IMG/VR virus record: IMGVR_UViG_3300045988_183505
Span: 32,001 to 96,000 of that record
Length of the DNA stretch: 64,000 nucleotides
Source: a virus
Strand: one strand, 5' to 3'
A model generated the notes under the pieces. It was not told the DNA's origin, searched no databases, and worked only from the letters and a program-made list of their open reading frames with translations. Position numbers and translations under genes: made by a program. This document shows positions 7,566 through 15,422 of this stretch, one piece after another. The first letter of the stretch is position 1. Every line of letters begins with the position of its first letter.

Positions 7566-9041
7566 TTATTTTTGTATCAGAACAACATACTTTCTTTGCC
7601 CTTCCGATTCCTTGTCAGCATAATCTATTTGCCAGTCGTTACTCAAAAGGTAATCAATTGTAACTGCACTTTTCTGATTCAGAATGATTGCATCAAATTG
7701 AAACGTGTCCATAAATTTCTCTATGTCACCCTGCTTGTTGAAGGACGCATCACGAAAACAATTTGCTCCAGACAATGTTTCTTCATCAAAAAAATCTGCT
7801 CTTGCATCAACAAAATCCGGTAAACCATTATAGATAAGATATGCTCCCAAGTCATAATCATTATACGCTCTCTGAAAATTTTTTTCTTTCAGGTACTCTA
7901 TCAGTCCAGTAGAAACTTCTTCATATTTACAAGATTGGTATTCCCTTATTGTTTCAGCAAACAGGAGACAAGAGCAGCAACCACAAACTATCATCACAAG
8001 TGCATTTTTAGAAAACATTTTGCACTTTACAAATAGCGTGCTATCCATTGTCTTGATAACTTCAAGCAGCATTGGAATCATTGCAATTTCCATATACATA
8101 TACATACGAATATGGATTCCAGTCATGCCAAGCATCATTACGATTGGAAATATTTTTTTGAGTGAAATATTCTTTTTCTGTAGGACAAAAAATATGAAAA
8201 ACAGAATAAGACAAATCACAATTGGATAAAAAAGAAAAGTTGCTTTGTACCATTCATGTACACCATCTTTTGTATAAGAAACATTGTGAAACAAAGCATA
8301 TCCATACAGTTTAATGCCATATGGATTTATCATTCCAATCAAAATACTGACAACCAATGCGATGAAATCTGTTCTTGCGTTTTCCTTACTCTGTCTATGA
8401 AAAAGATTGCCTACTTGAAAATCCGGAATCAGATTCATAACAGCAAATACAGCTAAAATTGCAAAGTAAAAAAGCATACTTGAACCATGCAGATTTGCCC
8501 ATAGCAATGATATGATTCCCAGTACAAAAATCTTTTTCTTTGATGGCTTATCCTGTTGCAGGCAGTAATATGCCAGTGCAAAAAGCATACAGTCAAAAAC
8601 TCTTGTTCTTGCCAGATAGCAGCTGTCCACAACTATCCATATCACTACGCAATGTGCAAGCAATTTTGAAAAAGCATTTCCGTTCCAGTTTTTCAAAAAT
8701 GTAAACCGAAACACTAATGCACATATTGTTGATGTGGCAAATACAAAAGCAATTACTGCATTCATTATCGGCTGAAATAGAACAGAGAATCCGTAAGCAA
8801 TCACTGTTCCAAGCCATGAGTGCTGTATTTCTGAACCGCCACGTTCCTGTGCAATCCACGAGTAAGCATCTACGCCGTGAAAGTTTGGTTTTCCATTCAC
8901 GATAGCTTTTCCCAACACACAATACCAGTTGAAATCTCCATCATGCGATTCCATTAAACAAATCGCACAGAACACAGTGACCAATCCTGTAATCAATGAA
9001 AATAAAATTATATCTACGATTTCTTTTTCTCTGCTTTTCAT
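7566..9041 (-). CDS. polytopic integral membrane protein, function unknown
   Basis: About 12 hydrophobic segments. The start is set at ATG 9041-9039, which overlaps the topoisomerase stop as ATGA. The longer track ORF (to 9110) would overlap topB by 70 nt. Confidence 0.7.
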   Translation of the reverse strand: MKSREKEIVDIILFSLITGLVTVFCAICLMESHDGDFNWYCVLGKAIVNGKPNFHGVDAYSWIAQERGGSEIQHSWLGTVIAYGFSVLFQPIMNAVIAFVFATSTICALVFRFTFLKNWNGNAFSKLLAHCVVIWIVVDSCYLARTRVFDCMLFALAYYCLQQDKPSKKKIFVLGIISLLWANLHGSSMLFYFAILAVFAVMNLIPDFQVGNLFHRQSKENARTDFIALVVSILIGMINPYGIKLYGYALFHNVSYTKDGVHEWYKATFLFYPIVICLILFFIFFVLQKKNISLKKIFPIVMMLGMTGIHIRMYMYMEIAMIPMLLEVIKTMDSTLFVKCKMFSKNALVMIVCGCCSCLLFAETIREYQSCKYEEVSTGLIEYLKEKNFQRAYNDYDLGAYLIYNGLPDFVDARADFFDEETLSGANCFRDASFNKQGDIEKFMDTFQFDAIILNQKSAVTIDYLLSNDWQIDYADKESEGQRKYVVLIQK

Positions 9042-11218
9042 TTCTTCCCCCAGCCTGTTTTTTTCTTTCCCCAGCCGGAAGAAGATGATGTGCTTTTCTT
9101 TGCACCCCATGAAGATTGTTTTGGTTCAGCTTTCTTTGAACCGTTTCCTTTTGGCTTTGAATCCACAAATTCAAATCTGGTTTTATGATTGCTCTTATCC
9201 AAAACCAATTTCGCCTTAAATGATTTTCCAGCTTGGGACTTAAATGTATATGCCTTTGTTTTTCCCTTTGCAATCAAATCTTCAAGGTCGCTTTCTTTCA
9301 TCTTATGACCGCAAATTTCCAACCCGAAAGAGAACTTACAAGTACAATACCAACCGTATCGTCCATACTTCAATGCCGAACCACAACAAGGACAGATGTG
9401 TTCTTTTCCACTACCTTTATTGTTGAAGTTCTCTAAATGCTCATGGTTCTCTGAAAGAATTTTCCTCGTAGTGTCTGCAACATAAGTTTCTACTTCTTTC
9501 AGATAATTTTCTTTGTCCAACGCTCTGGTTGCAATCGCATTTAAGCTTGATTCCATCTCCGCAGTTTTCAGTGGCGAAATCAACTGCTCGTCATACTTTT
9601 CTACAATCGGAATGACTTTTTTCCCAAACTCAGTCGGAGCAATTTTCTGTTTTGCATCTACTGTGATGAACTCCTTTTCTTTGAGCTTTTCAATAATAGA
9701 TGCTCTTGTCGCAGAAGTTCCAATGCCGCAAGTCTTAATCTGTTCTCGCAGTTCTTCATCATCAATCAACCGTCCTGCTTTTTCCATTGCAAGAATCAGA
9801 GAACCGGTCGTGTAAGCAACAGGCGGTTTGGTCTCCATGTTATAAACACAGAAAGCATCAACTGATACGGTTTCACCTTTTCTCGGAACAGGCTTATCCG
9901 CAATATCATCACCTTCTGTATTTTCCTTGAATCCGGTCTGCTTGATAATTCGATAACTTTCAAAAAATCTTTCTTTGTTCTGGTGAATGTACACGATAGA
10001 AACTGCATCGTAAATGAACGGCGGTTTCATTGTGTTCTGGAATCTTTTCAGAATAACACTGTATACCTTCGCTTCCAGACCGGATAAGTTGTTAGGGTTG
10101 CCTTGTAATGTTGGAATAATTGCGTAGTGGTCGGTAACTTTACTATCATCGACATATCTATCCGGAATCTGGTAGCCTTTCTTTCTCAAATCTTCTGCAA
10201 CTGCACTTGAAAGAAAACGGCAATCAGTTCTTGGGTATGTAGTGTATTTTGCCTCATAGAGTGACTGTGCAATCGAAAGCGTGTTTGCCGGAGAAATCTT
10301 AAATGCTTTGGAACAATACGCCTGTAAATCTGCCAAATTGAACAGATAGGGAGCATACTCTGTTTTGGTTGTTACCTTAACATTATCTACCGTCAGCACT
10401 CTGCTCTGATTGCATTCTTCAACAAGTTCCTTTGCCTGCTTTTCTTGCAAAAAGCCATTTTCATTATACAGGTCATCACTTTCGTAAAACCGGCTTTCTT
10501 TCACCGCTTTCCATGATGCGAACTTGTCTGCCTTAACTCCATAATAATATGTTTTCGTAAATTCATCAATGTCTTTTTGCCGGTTTACAATCATCGCCAG
10601 CGTTGGTGTCATCACACGTCCGCAATTCATCAATTTTCCGGAAGTCAATGTGAATCCTTCTGTAAAATTCATGCCAATCAGCCAGTCTGAAATTGCTCTT
10701 GCATAGCCGCTGTCAATCATCGGCTGATACTCTGCATAAGGCTTTGCATCACGAATGCCGTTCAGAATAGATTCTTCTGTATAGCTGTCAATCCACACAA
10801 CTCGTTCATCAATTTTAGGTGCTGCCTTGAATATCTGATTGCGGATAAGAGCCTGAATATAGATTCCTTCTCGTCCACTATCGCCTGCATAGTAAATTCG
10901 TTCCACATCTTTTCGTGTGTACAGTGACTTTACAATCTTGAACTGCTTATATGTAGACTTTTGAGGTTCATATTTGAACTGCTTTGGAATCATCGGCAAA
11001 TGCTCTTTACTCCATCTGCCGCCCCAGTCTGGGTTCTGCACTTCCGGAGAGCTAATTGCAATCAAATGTCCAACCGCCCATGTGATAATCACATCTTTCT
11101 TCAAAACAGGGCTATATCCTTCCACATAACCATCGGTTTTTTCAGAGGGCTTTACCCCCAGCACCTTTTTGTACTCCTGTGCCACTAACGGTTTCTCTGT
11201 AATGATAATCGTACTCAA
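9038..11218 (-). CDS. topB: type IA DNA topoisomerase (Topo III-like) with C-terminal zinc ribbon and basic W-G-K-K tail
   Basis: Toprim motifs are present (IIITEKP..., YYAGDSGREGIYIQ), as is the catalytic-domain layout, a CPCCGS...CTC zinc ribbon, and the tail SSWGAKK...GWGKKKTGWGKK. The start is refined to TTG 11218 (AAGGAG 7 nt upstream), which overlaps the upstream stop as TTGA. Confidence 0.9.
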   Translation of the reverse strand: MSTIIITEKPLVAQEYKKVLGVKPSEKTDGYVEGYSPVLKKDVIITWAVGHLIAISSPEVQNPDWGGRWSKEHLPMIPKQFKYEPQKSTYKQFKIVKSLYTRKDVERIYYAGDSGREGIYIQALIRNQIFKAAPKIDERVVWIDSYTEESILNGIRDAKPYAEYQPMIDSGYARAISDWLIGMNFTEGFTLTSGKLMNCGRVMTPTLAMIVNRQKDIDEFTKTYYYGVKADKFASWKAVKESRFYESDDLYNENGFLQEKQAKELVEECNQSRVLTVDNVKVTTKTEYAPYLFNLADLQAYCSKAFKISPANTLSIAQSLYEAKYTTYPRTDCRFLSSAVAEDLRKKGYQIPDRYVDDSKVTDHYAIIPTLQGNPNNLSGLEAKVYSVILKRFQNTMKPPFIYDAVSIVYIHQNKERFFESYRIIKQTGFKENTEGDDIADKPVPRKGETVSVDAFCVYNMETKPPVAYTTGSLILAMEKAGRLIDDEELREQIKTCGIGTSATRASIIEKLKEKEFITVDAKQKIAPTEFGKKVIPIVEKYDEQLISPLKTAEMESSLNAIATRALDKENYLKEVETYVADTTRKILSENHEHLENFNNKGSGKEHICPCCGSALKYGRYGWYCTCKFSFGLEICGHKMKESDLEDLIAKGKTKAYTFKSQAGKSFKAKLVLDKSNHKTRFEFVDSKPKGNGSKKAEPKQSSWGAKKSTSSSSGWGKKKTGWGKK

Positions 11219-11499
11219 ACCTGTTCTCCTTCCCAAGCATTATTTAACTTTTGTAAGAATGCAATAAAATATTGCAGACTTTCTTTCCTGCAAAATCGCA
11301 TTTCAATATATTCTCCAGAGAGCAATGCCAACGGAACATCTTCTGTTCCTGCTTCGATTACTCCGTCCGGATTTTCCATTTCGCATATCCTGATAATTCG
11401 TGTTTTACTGTCTTTTTCCTGATAACCAACTAAGCACTTGTTAGGAAGTGTATCAGACCCAAATACCACCATTGGTGTTCTCTTATTCCGTCCAGCCAT
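11215..11499 (-). CDS. hypothetical protein
   Basis: The track ORF is 11215..11691. I place the start at ATG 11499 (GAGGA 8 nt upstream) to avoid a long overlap with 11483..11836. Confidence 0.5.
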   Translation of the reverse strand: MAGRNKRTPMVVFGSDTLPNKCLVGYQEKDSKTRIIRICEMENPDGVIEAGTEDVPLALLSGEYIEMRFCRKESLQYFIAFLQKLNNAWEGEQV

Positions 11500-11836
11500 T
11501 TTCATCGTCCTCATATTCGTCATCAAAATCAGCGAACTCCGCTTCAACACTTTCCAGATATTCTTCATACTGCTGTTTCCGCAAAGCATTTTCTTCTTTT
11601 TTCTGTCGATATGATTTCTTTCCAGTAAACACTCTCTTTTCTGGAATGCCAAGCTCCTTTCTTCGTTCTTCTGCCTGTTCGTCCTGTACAATATGCTTAT
11701 TTGTTAGGTAAATCTGCCATGCAAGCAACAAGGCAAATATTATTGTCACAAGAAACATAGACTTGATATTGACGAACGTAAGAAGTATCACAAGTCCATA
11801 CAGAAGGCACGTTTTTACATCTTTCTTAAATCTCAT
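11483..11836 (-). CDS. small membrane protein with acidic C-terminus
   Basis: 117 aa. It has two N-terminal hydrophobic helices, then a charged tail ending FDDEYEDDENGWTE. Confidence 0.55.
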   Translation of the reverse strand: MRFKKDVKTCLLYGLVILLTFVNIKSMFLVTIIFALLLAWQIYLTNKHIVQDEQAEERRKELGIPEKRVFTGKKSYRQKKEENALRKQQYEEYLESVEAEFADFDDEYEDDENGWTE

Positions 11837-11848
11837 GAAATGCTCCTC

Positions 11849-12088
11849 TCAGATTATTTCTTCAAAGTCGTCTAAACTTCCGACAATGGATTCAATTTCC
11901 GACTGTGGCTGTGGATTCTGCATTCCAACAGATACACCTTTTCGCTGATTATTCTTGAATTTCGACCATACACTATTCGGTACAGTCTGATTCACTTTTT
12001 CAGCCAGTTCCACCACTTCACGCTCCCTTGCAGTTGCATTTTCAATCGTGATAATCACTGCATCGTCTTTATACAGAATGTTCAGCAT
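11849..12088 (-). CDS. hypothetical protein
   Basis: 79-aa ORF, 2 nt after the upstream gene's stop in a co-directional array. Confidence 0.5.
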   Translation of the reverse strand: MLNILYKDDAVIITIENATAREREVVELAEKVNQTVPNSVWSKFKNNQRKGVSVGMQNPQPQSEIESIVGSLDDFEEII

Positions 12089-12090
12089 AA

Positions 12091-12369
12091 TCAGTCCTCA
12101 CTTTCATTTAAGGATTTCAGCAATACTTTCATCTCCAGATATGACACTATCTTTTTTAAGGCATTCAGCCGAATCGGGTGTCCTACACGATAAAACAGCT
12201 TATCCACCACATTTCTCGTCATACCTGTTTCCCTTGCCAGCTTCCGCTTAGAAACACCTTTCGCTTCCATCGCTTCTGCTATTTGCTGAACGCTTTCTTC
12301 GGGCAGATATACCATGATGCCTTCTTCCCTCACCGCATACAGCAATCTTTGCATTCTTGGTCTTGCCAT
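12091..12369 (-). CDS. helix-turn-helix DNA-binding protein
   Basis: VSKRKLARETGMTRNVVDKLF is an HTH-like segment. AGGAAAGGAG RBS. It lies downstream of repL. Confidence 0.6.
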   Translation of the reverse strand: MARPRMQRLLYAVREEGIMVYLPEESVQQIAEAMEAKGVSKRKLARETGMTRNVVDKLFYRVGHPIRLNALKKIVSYLEMKVLLKSLNESED

Positions 12370-12389
12370 TCGTATTTTTCTCCTTTCCT

Positions 12390-12403
12390 CTGCTTATCCG
12401 CAG
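12390..12403 (-). repeat. copy 2 of the hairpin motif CTGCGGATAAGCAG
   Basis: The minus strand reads CTGCGGATAAGCAG and is followed immediately by the RBS of 12091..12369. Confidence 0.6.
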
Positions 12404-12425
12404 ATTTATTACAGTTTATTTTGAC

Positions 12426-12965
12426 TTAATCGCCTGCCTCTGCATTCTGGTAAAAAGTATTCAGCTTATCCTGTTCCGATTCACAAAGCAGTACCTTGCT
12501 TTTGAACTCACAATAGCGAACATTTGAACCATAGCTTTTCCACACAATTTCCGGATTCAAAATATATACATTTGCACTTCCGGATTTCATGATATACAGT
12601 ATCTTTTCTTCTCGCAGCACTCTGACTGCTCTTGTAACGGAAGATTTTGAAACCTGAAAATATTCTGCCAAAAAAGTATAACTGCATACCAAACTATTCA
12701 GTCCGTCCATGCGGTCTGCGATAAACAGGTAAATCTGCATTGCCAGAGCATTCTTTTGCGTCAAAGCAATCAACTTATCTGTTCCATCAAGGTTCGTCTG
12801 TGCAAACCTCTCATAAGGGGAGTGCCGTTCTTTTCTGTGCAGCTTCTCCTGCATTTCAGTAATCTTCTGGAGTGCCTGCTCACGTTCTTCAAAGGTTACA
12901 TCATATTCTGCTGGATTATCTCCTACAGAAAAACTTCCCTTCGCTTCAAGTCCACTATTTTTCAA
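12426..12965 (-). CDS. repL: RepL-family plasmid replication initiator (winged-helix)
   Basis: The C-terminal half, SYTFLAEYFQVSKSSVTRAVRVLREEKILYIMKSGSANVYILNPEIVWKS, parallels the pSN2/pIM13 RepL segment as I recall it (...TREIAKATGTSLQTV...LEEGNIIKRKTGVLMLNPELLMRG). TTG start follows GAAAGGAG. Confidence 0.75.
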   Translation of the reverse strand: MKNSGLEAKGSFSVGDNPAEYDVTFEEREQALQKITEMQEKLHRKERHSPYERFAQTNLDGTDKLIALTQKNALAMQIYLFIADRMDGLNSLVCSYTFLAEYFQVSKSSVTRAVRVLREEKILYIMKSGSANVYILNPEIVWKSYGSNVRYCEFKSKVLLCESEQDKLNTFYQNAEAGD

Positions 12966-12994
12966 GTGACACTGCTCCTTTCTGTATTCAACTC

Positions 12995-13066
12995 GTGACT
13001 ATCGCAATCGTCATTTCTGAATATGTCCTATTCAAATTTGACTATGCCGCAATCATCGTATGACTA
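12995..13066. repeat. direct repeats TGACTAT-(N)-CGCAATC(G/A)TC in the repL leader, plus a third TGACTA half-site
   Basis: Two full units are GTGACTATCGCAATCGTCAT (12995-13014) and TTGACTATGCCGCAATCATCGT (13038-13059). A further TGACTAT sits at 13061-13067, at the transcription start region of the repL promoter. Confidence 0.6.
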
Positions 13067-13067
13067 T

Positions 13068-13096
13068 ATTATAGCACAATAACCCAAGGTGTTCAA
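13068..13096 (-). promoter_or_regulatory. repL promoter
   Basis: Minus strand: TTGAAC (13096-13091), 17-nt spacer, TATAAT (13073-13068). Confidence 0.65.
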
Positions 13097-13097
13097 T

Positions 13098-13109
13098 CGT
13101 TGTCATGTA
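13098..13109 (-). promoter_or_regulatory. 12-mer TACATGACAACG, copy 1 (adjacent to the repL -35)
   Basis: An exact 12-mer on the minus strand. Identical copies lie at 36779-36790 and 55367-55378, at the two integrase promoters. Confidence 0.6.
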
Positions 13110-13180
13110 TGAAAAATCGTTATTTTGTTTCACATTTTTTGTGTGGAACGTACATGGATTGTGGAAAACCTGTAACCGAG

Positions 13181-13220
13181 TAGTCACGCTGTGACTATAG
13201 CAGTAGTCACCACATGACTA
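13181..13220. repeat. two tandem 17-bp palindromes TAGTCAC-N3-(G/A)TGACTA
   Basis: 13181-13197 is TAGTCACgctGTGACTA and 13204-13220 is TAGTCACcacATGACTA, a 23-bp period. They use the same half-site as the repL leader repeats. Confidence 0.65.
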
Positions 13221-13740
13221 TTCCCCGACTCATAAAAAAACGTGAATCTGACGCATTTTCGGGACTTAATGTCTGTGAAGGGGTATTTGTCTCTCTTTAT
13301 ATCTTATTACGCCATCAAGCAGCTGAATGGTGTTCGCCTTTGAGCCGTTGCTCGCTTCCTAACGTATTTCCCATTTGCTCACAACGGGGACTGCTAGTTT
13401 GCAAGTTGCTATTTCTATCAGCAGTCCTTTTGAGGGACAGAAAAGTGAGAACACCGTGAAGTGAAATAAACTAACGTAAACTGTACAACAAACAGGATTG
13501 CCTCTCCCTATTAGAGTGAAAAAAGCTAATTCTTTTTTCCAGAAATGGGGCTTTATGCAATTTACCCAACTCATCAGCCAACGGCTTTCTCATGCTTTTT
13601 ACTAAATCCATAAGCCGTTGAGACGTTCTGCCGTTCCAATTCCATTCCTGTTTCCAAGTAAGGCAGCTATGCAGTGCCTGTAATTCATCAGACCGTTCCT
13701 GCAATTCAATCAACAATTCTGTATTGCTATGTATTTTATT

Positions 13741-13790
13741 TGCACCAGTTTTTAACTGGTGCATTGCCATAAAGCTTTGCTTTATGGCAA
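13741..13790. other. two abutting perfect hairpins (origin-associated structure)
   Basis: 13741-13763 is TGCACCAGTT-ttt-AACTGGTGCA (10-bp stem). 13764-13790 is TTGCCATAAAGC-ttt-GCTTTATGGCAA (12-bp stem). Confidence 0.7.
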
Positions 13791-13796
13791 ATAAGA

Positions 13797-13960
13797 GTAA
13801 TACTATAAGCACACTGTATTGAATGGGAATACAGTATTAGCTAATACCATATGGGTAATTCTGTATTAGCTAATAGATTGCTAACTGTACATGGGTAATA
13901 CTATAAGCTAATACTATAAGCATACTGTATATGGGTAATAGATAACTAATACTACATAGG
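13797..13960. repeat. iteron-like direct-repeat array (probable replication origin)
   Basis: TAATACTATAAGC occurs three times (13798, 13896, 13909). ATGGG(T)AAT occurs at 13823, 13851, 13891 and 13931 (spacings 28, 40 and 40). C(A/T)GTATTAGCTAATA occurs twice. The context is AT-rich and lies between the divergent arms. Confidence 0.65.
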
Positions 13961-14199
13961 TTAAGTATTATAATGGCATTTTTGCCCCAAAGTTTCTTTG
14001 CAAAGTCTGCTATAATTGCAAATCAGTTCTAAGCTATCTACAAGCCGTTTTGAGAGCTTTTTGCTTTTGCCAGCAAGTTTTCTTGCAAGCGTTGTTAGAA
14101 CGCCGCAGAACGAATCCTAATACACTTTCCGCTGGGTTTCCAGCTTAATTCTTCTCACATTCCACTTTCTTCCCGATATGCCTCTTTGCTTTCTAGGCA

Positions 14200-14226
14200 C
14201 GCTTTCTTTTTTGGCGTTACATAACG
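14200..14226 (+). promoter_or_regulatory. 27-bp element, copy 2, upstream of the plus-strand operon
   Basis: CGCTTTCTTTTTTGGCGTTACATAACG on the plus strand. It is an inverted partner of 6945-6971. Confidence 0.5.
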
Positions 14227-14383
14227 CAAGTGAAAGGTGATGACAGATTCAGACATTACAGTTTTTGTGATACGGAATACCGACACGAAAGCTTTTCTTC
14301 ACCCAAATGTGAGGTGCAATGTTTGAACAACGCTCCGCAGGCATGAACTGTGCCGGTAAGGAGCAAGACAAGAGAAAGCAGGT

Positions 14384-14716
14384 ATGTGTATGGACTATTT
14401 TGCTCCCGAAATTTACGACAAGAAATTTTTGAAACCGGAAGACCAGAATGTTCTGGAAAAAATGCAGGACATGAGAGACCGTGTTCTGAATGATGATGTA
14501 CTGGAAGATTATCTTTCTGAAACTGTTGATAGTGATATGCCGGTGATGTGCAGTCTTGTCCGTGAGACGTTGAGCAAATTCATCGAATATCTGGTACTGC
14601 AATCAGAATACCGCTTTTGCGATTTCATCATCAGCTGCATCGAAGATTATCCGGAAGCGATGTATCAGGAACTCGTTACTAAGGCAAAAGAAAAGGAAAA
14701 AAGCAATGTACAGTGA
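14384..14716 (+). CDS. hypothetical protein (first gene of the plus-strand array)
   Basis: 110-aa ORF. The next gene overlaps it by 11 nt. Confidence 0.5.
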   Translation: MCMDYFAPEIYDKKFLKPEDQNVLEKMQDMRDRVLNDDVLEDYLSETVDSDMPVMCSLVRETLSKFIEYLVLQSEYRFCDFIISCIEDYPEAMYQELVTKAKEKEKSNVQ

Positions 14717-14924
14717 CACTCTCCTGATAGTGAGATGGACAAATTTGCACAACGGAGACAGCGGATATGTCAAATCTTTGCACCGCCAAGAGCGATATTT
14801 TGAAAGCACACACGTTGTAGAAGAAGCCAAAGTTTTCAGTGCAAGAGGAATTAAGCAGATGCTTTATCTGCTCCGCTCTTACAATCCAGAAAACGCCTAT
14901 TCTACTGAACCTCTCGGTTATTGA
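14706..14924 (+). CDS. hypothetical protein
   Basis: 72 aa. AAGGA lies 8 nt upstream of the ATG. Confidence 0.5.
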   Translation: MYSDTLLIVRWTNLHNGDSGYVKSLHRQERYFESTHVVEEAKVFSARGIKQMLYLLRSYNPENAYSTEPLGY

Positions 14925-14957
14925 AAAATCATACCGATACAACCAAAAGGAAATTAT

Positions 14958-15416
14958 ATGCAAAAAGAACTCCCGAACGCCATTGAAATCTCCACTAAAG
15001 TGCTGGACGATGCTGTGGCTTTTACAAGCAATTATTTTCAGTATGTGAAAAAGAACAAGCCTCACGTTTATCTCCAGCTGTCGGCACAGGAGCTGTTTGA
15101 TATTAACGCTGAATATCTACCGGACAGCTTCTTTGGTTCTCCGGAGATGCAAGCCTTGAACGATGCAGTTGACGGATTGAACATTGATGAAATCAGTCCA
15201 ATCTTGAATGCGATTTTGCAGGAATGCGGCTTCTATTCGACAGATGATAAGTATCGTGTACCCGTTGATTGCGATGTATGCACTTCTCTGGGTTATATCG
15301 CTCCAGAAAGAAATTACAGTTGGAAGAAAATCGTCCTTTGCGGCACTGCTCTTATCATGGCTGGTGTTACGTCATGTGCGATTGTCGCTATAAAAAGAAA
15401 ATCCAAGAAAGGATAA
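14958..15416 (+). CDS. C-terminally membrane-anchored hypothetical protein
   Basis: 152 aa. AAAGGA RBS. A single C-terminal hydrophobic helix (IVLCGTALIMAGVTSCAIVAI) is followed by KRKSKKG. Confidence 0.6.
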   Translation: MQKELPNAIEISTKVLDDAVAFTSNYFQYVKKNKPHVYLQLSAQELFDINAEYLPDSFFGSPEMQALNDAVDGLNIDEISPILNAILQECGFYSTDDKYRVPVDCDVCTSLGYIAPERNYSWKKIVLCGTALIMAGVTSCAIVAIKRKSKKG

Positions 15417-15422
15417 TACGCT

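Noticed and set aside
9042-9110. N-terminal extension of the membrane-protein ORF (track start at 9110) and similar long-start versions of several genes: 11691, 17683, 18149, 20047, 30647, 36733, 37850, 41687, 46680, 51250, 56421, 57524, 62433.
   Set aside because: The extensions overlap the preceding gene or cover the RBS sequence itself. In each case an internal ATG, GTG or TTG with a well-spaced purine-rich RBS, and often a stop-start overlap, gives a more parsimonious gene model.
13471-13812. 113-aa minus-strand ORF in the origin region.
   Set aside because: It has no RBS, and its start codons lie inside the twin perfect hairpins. The region is otherwise full of repeats and hairpins, so it is more likely non-coding origin or regulatory DNA. 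It cannot be fully excluded as a small gene.
13797-13960. The repeat array was considered as a possible CRISPR array.
   Set aside because: The repeats are short, of several interleaved families and irregularly spaced (28 and 40 bp), with no unique spacers. No cas genes are present. It fits iterons instead.
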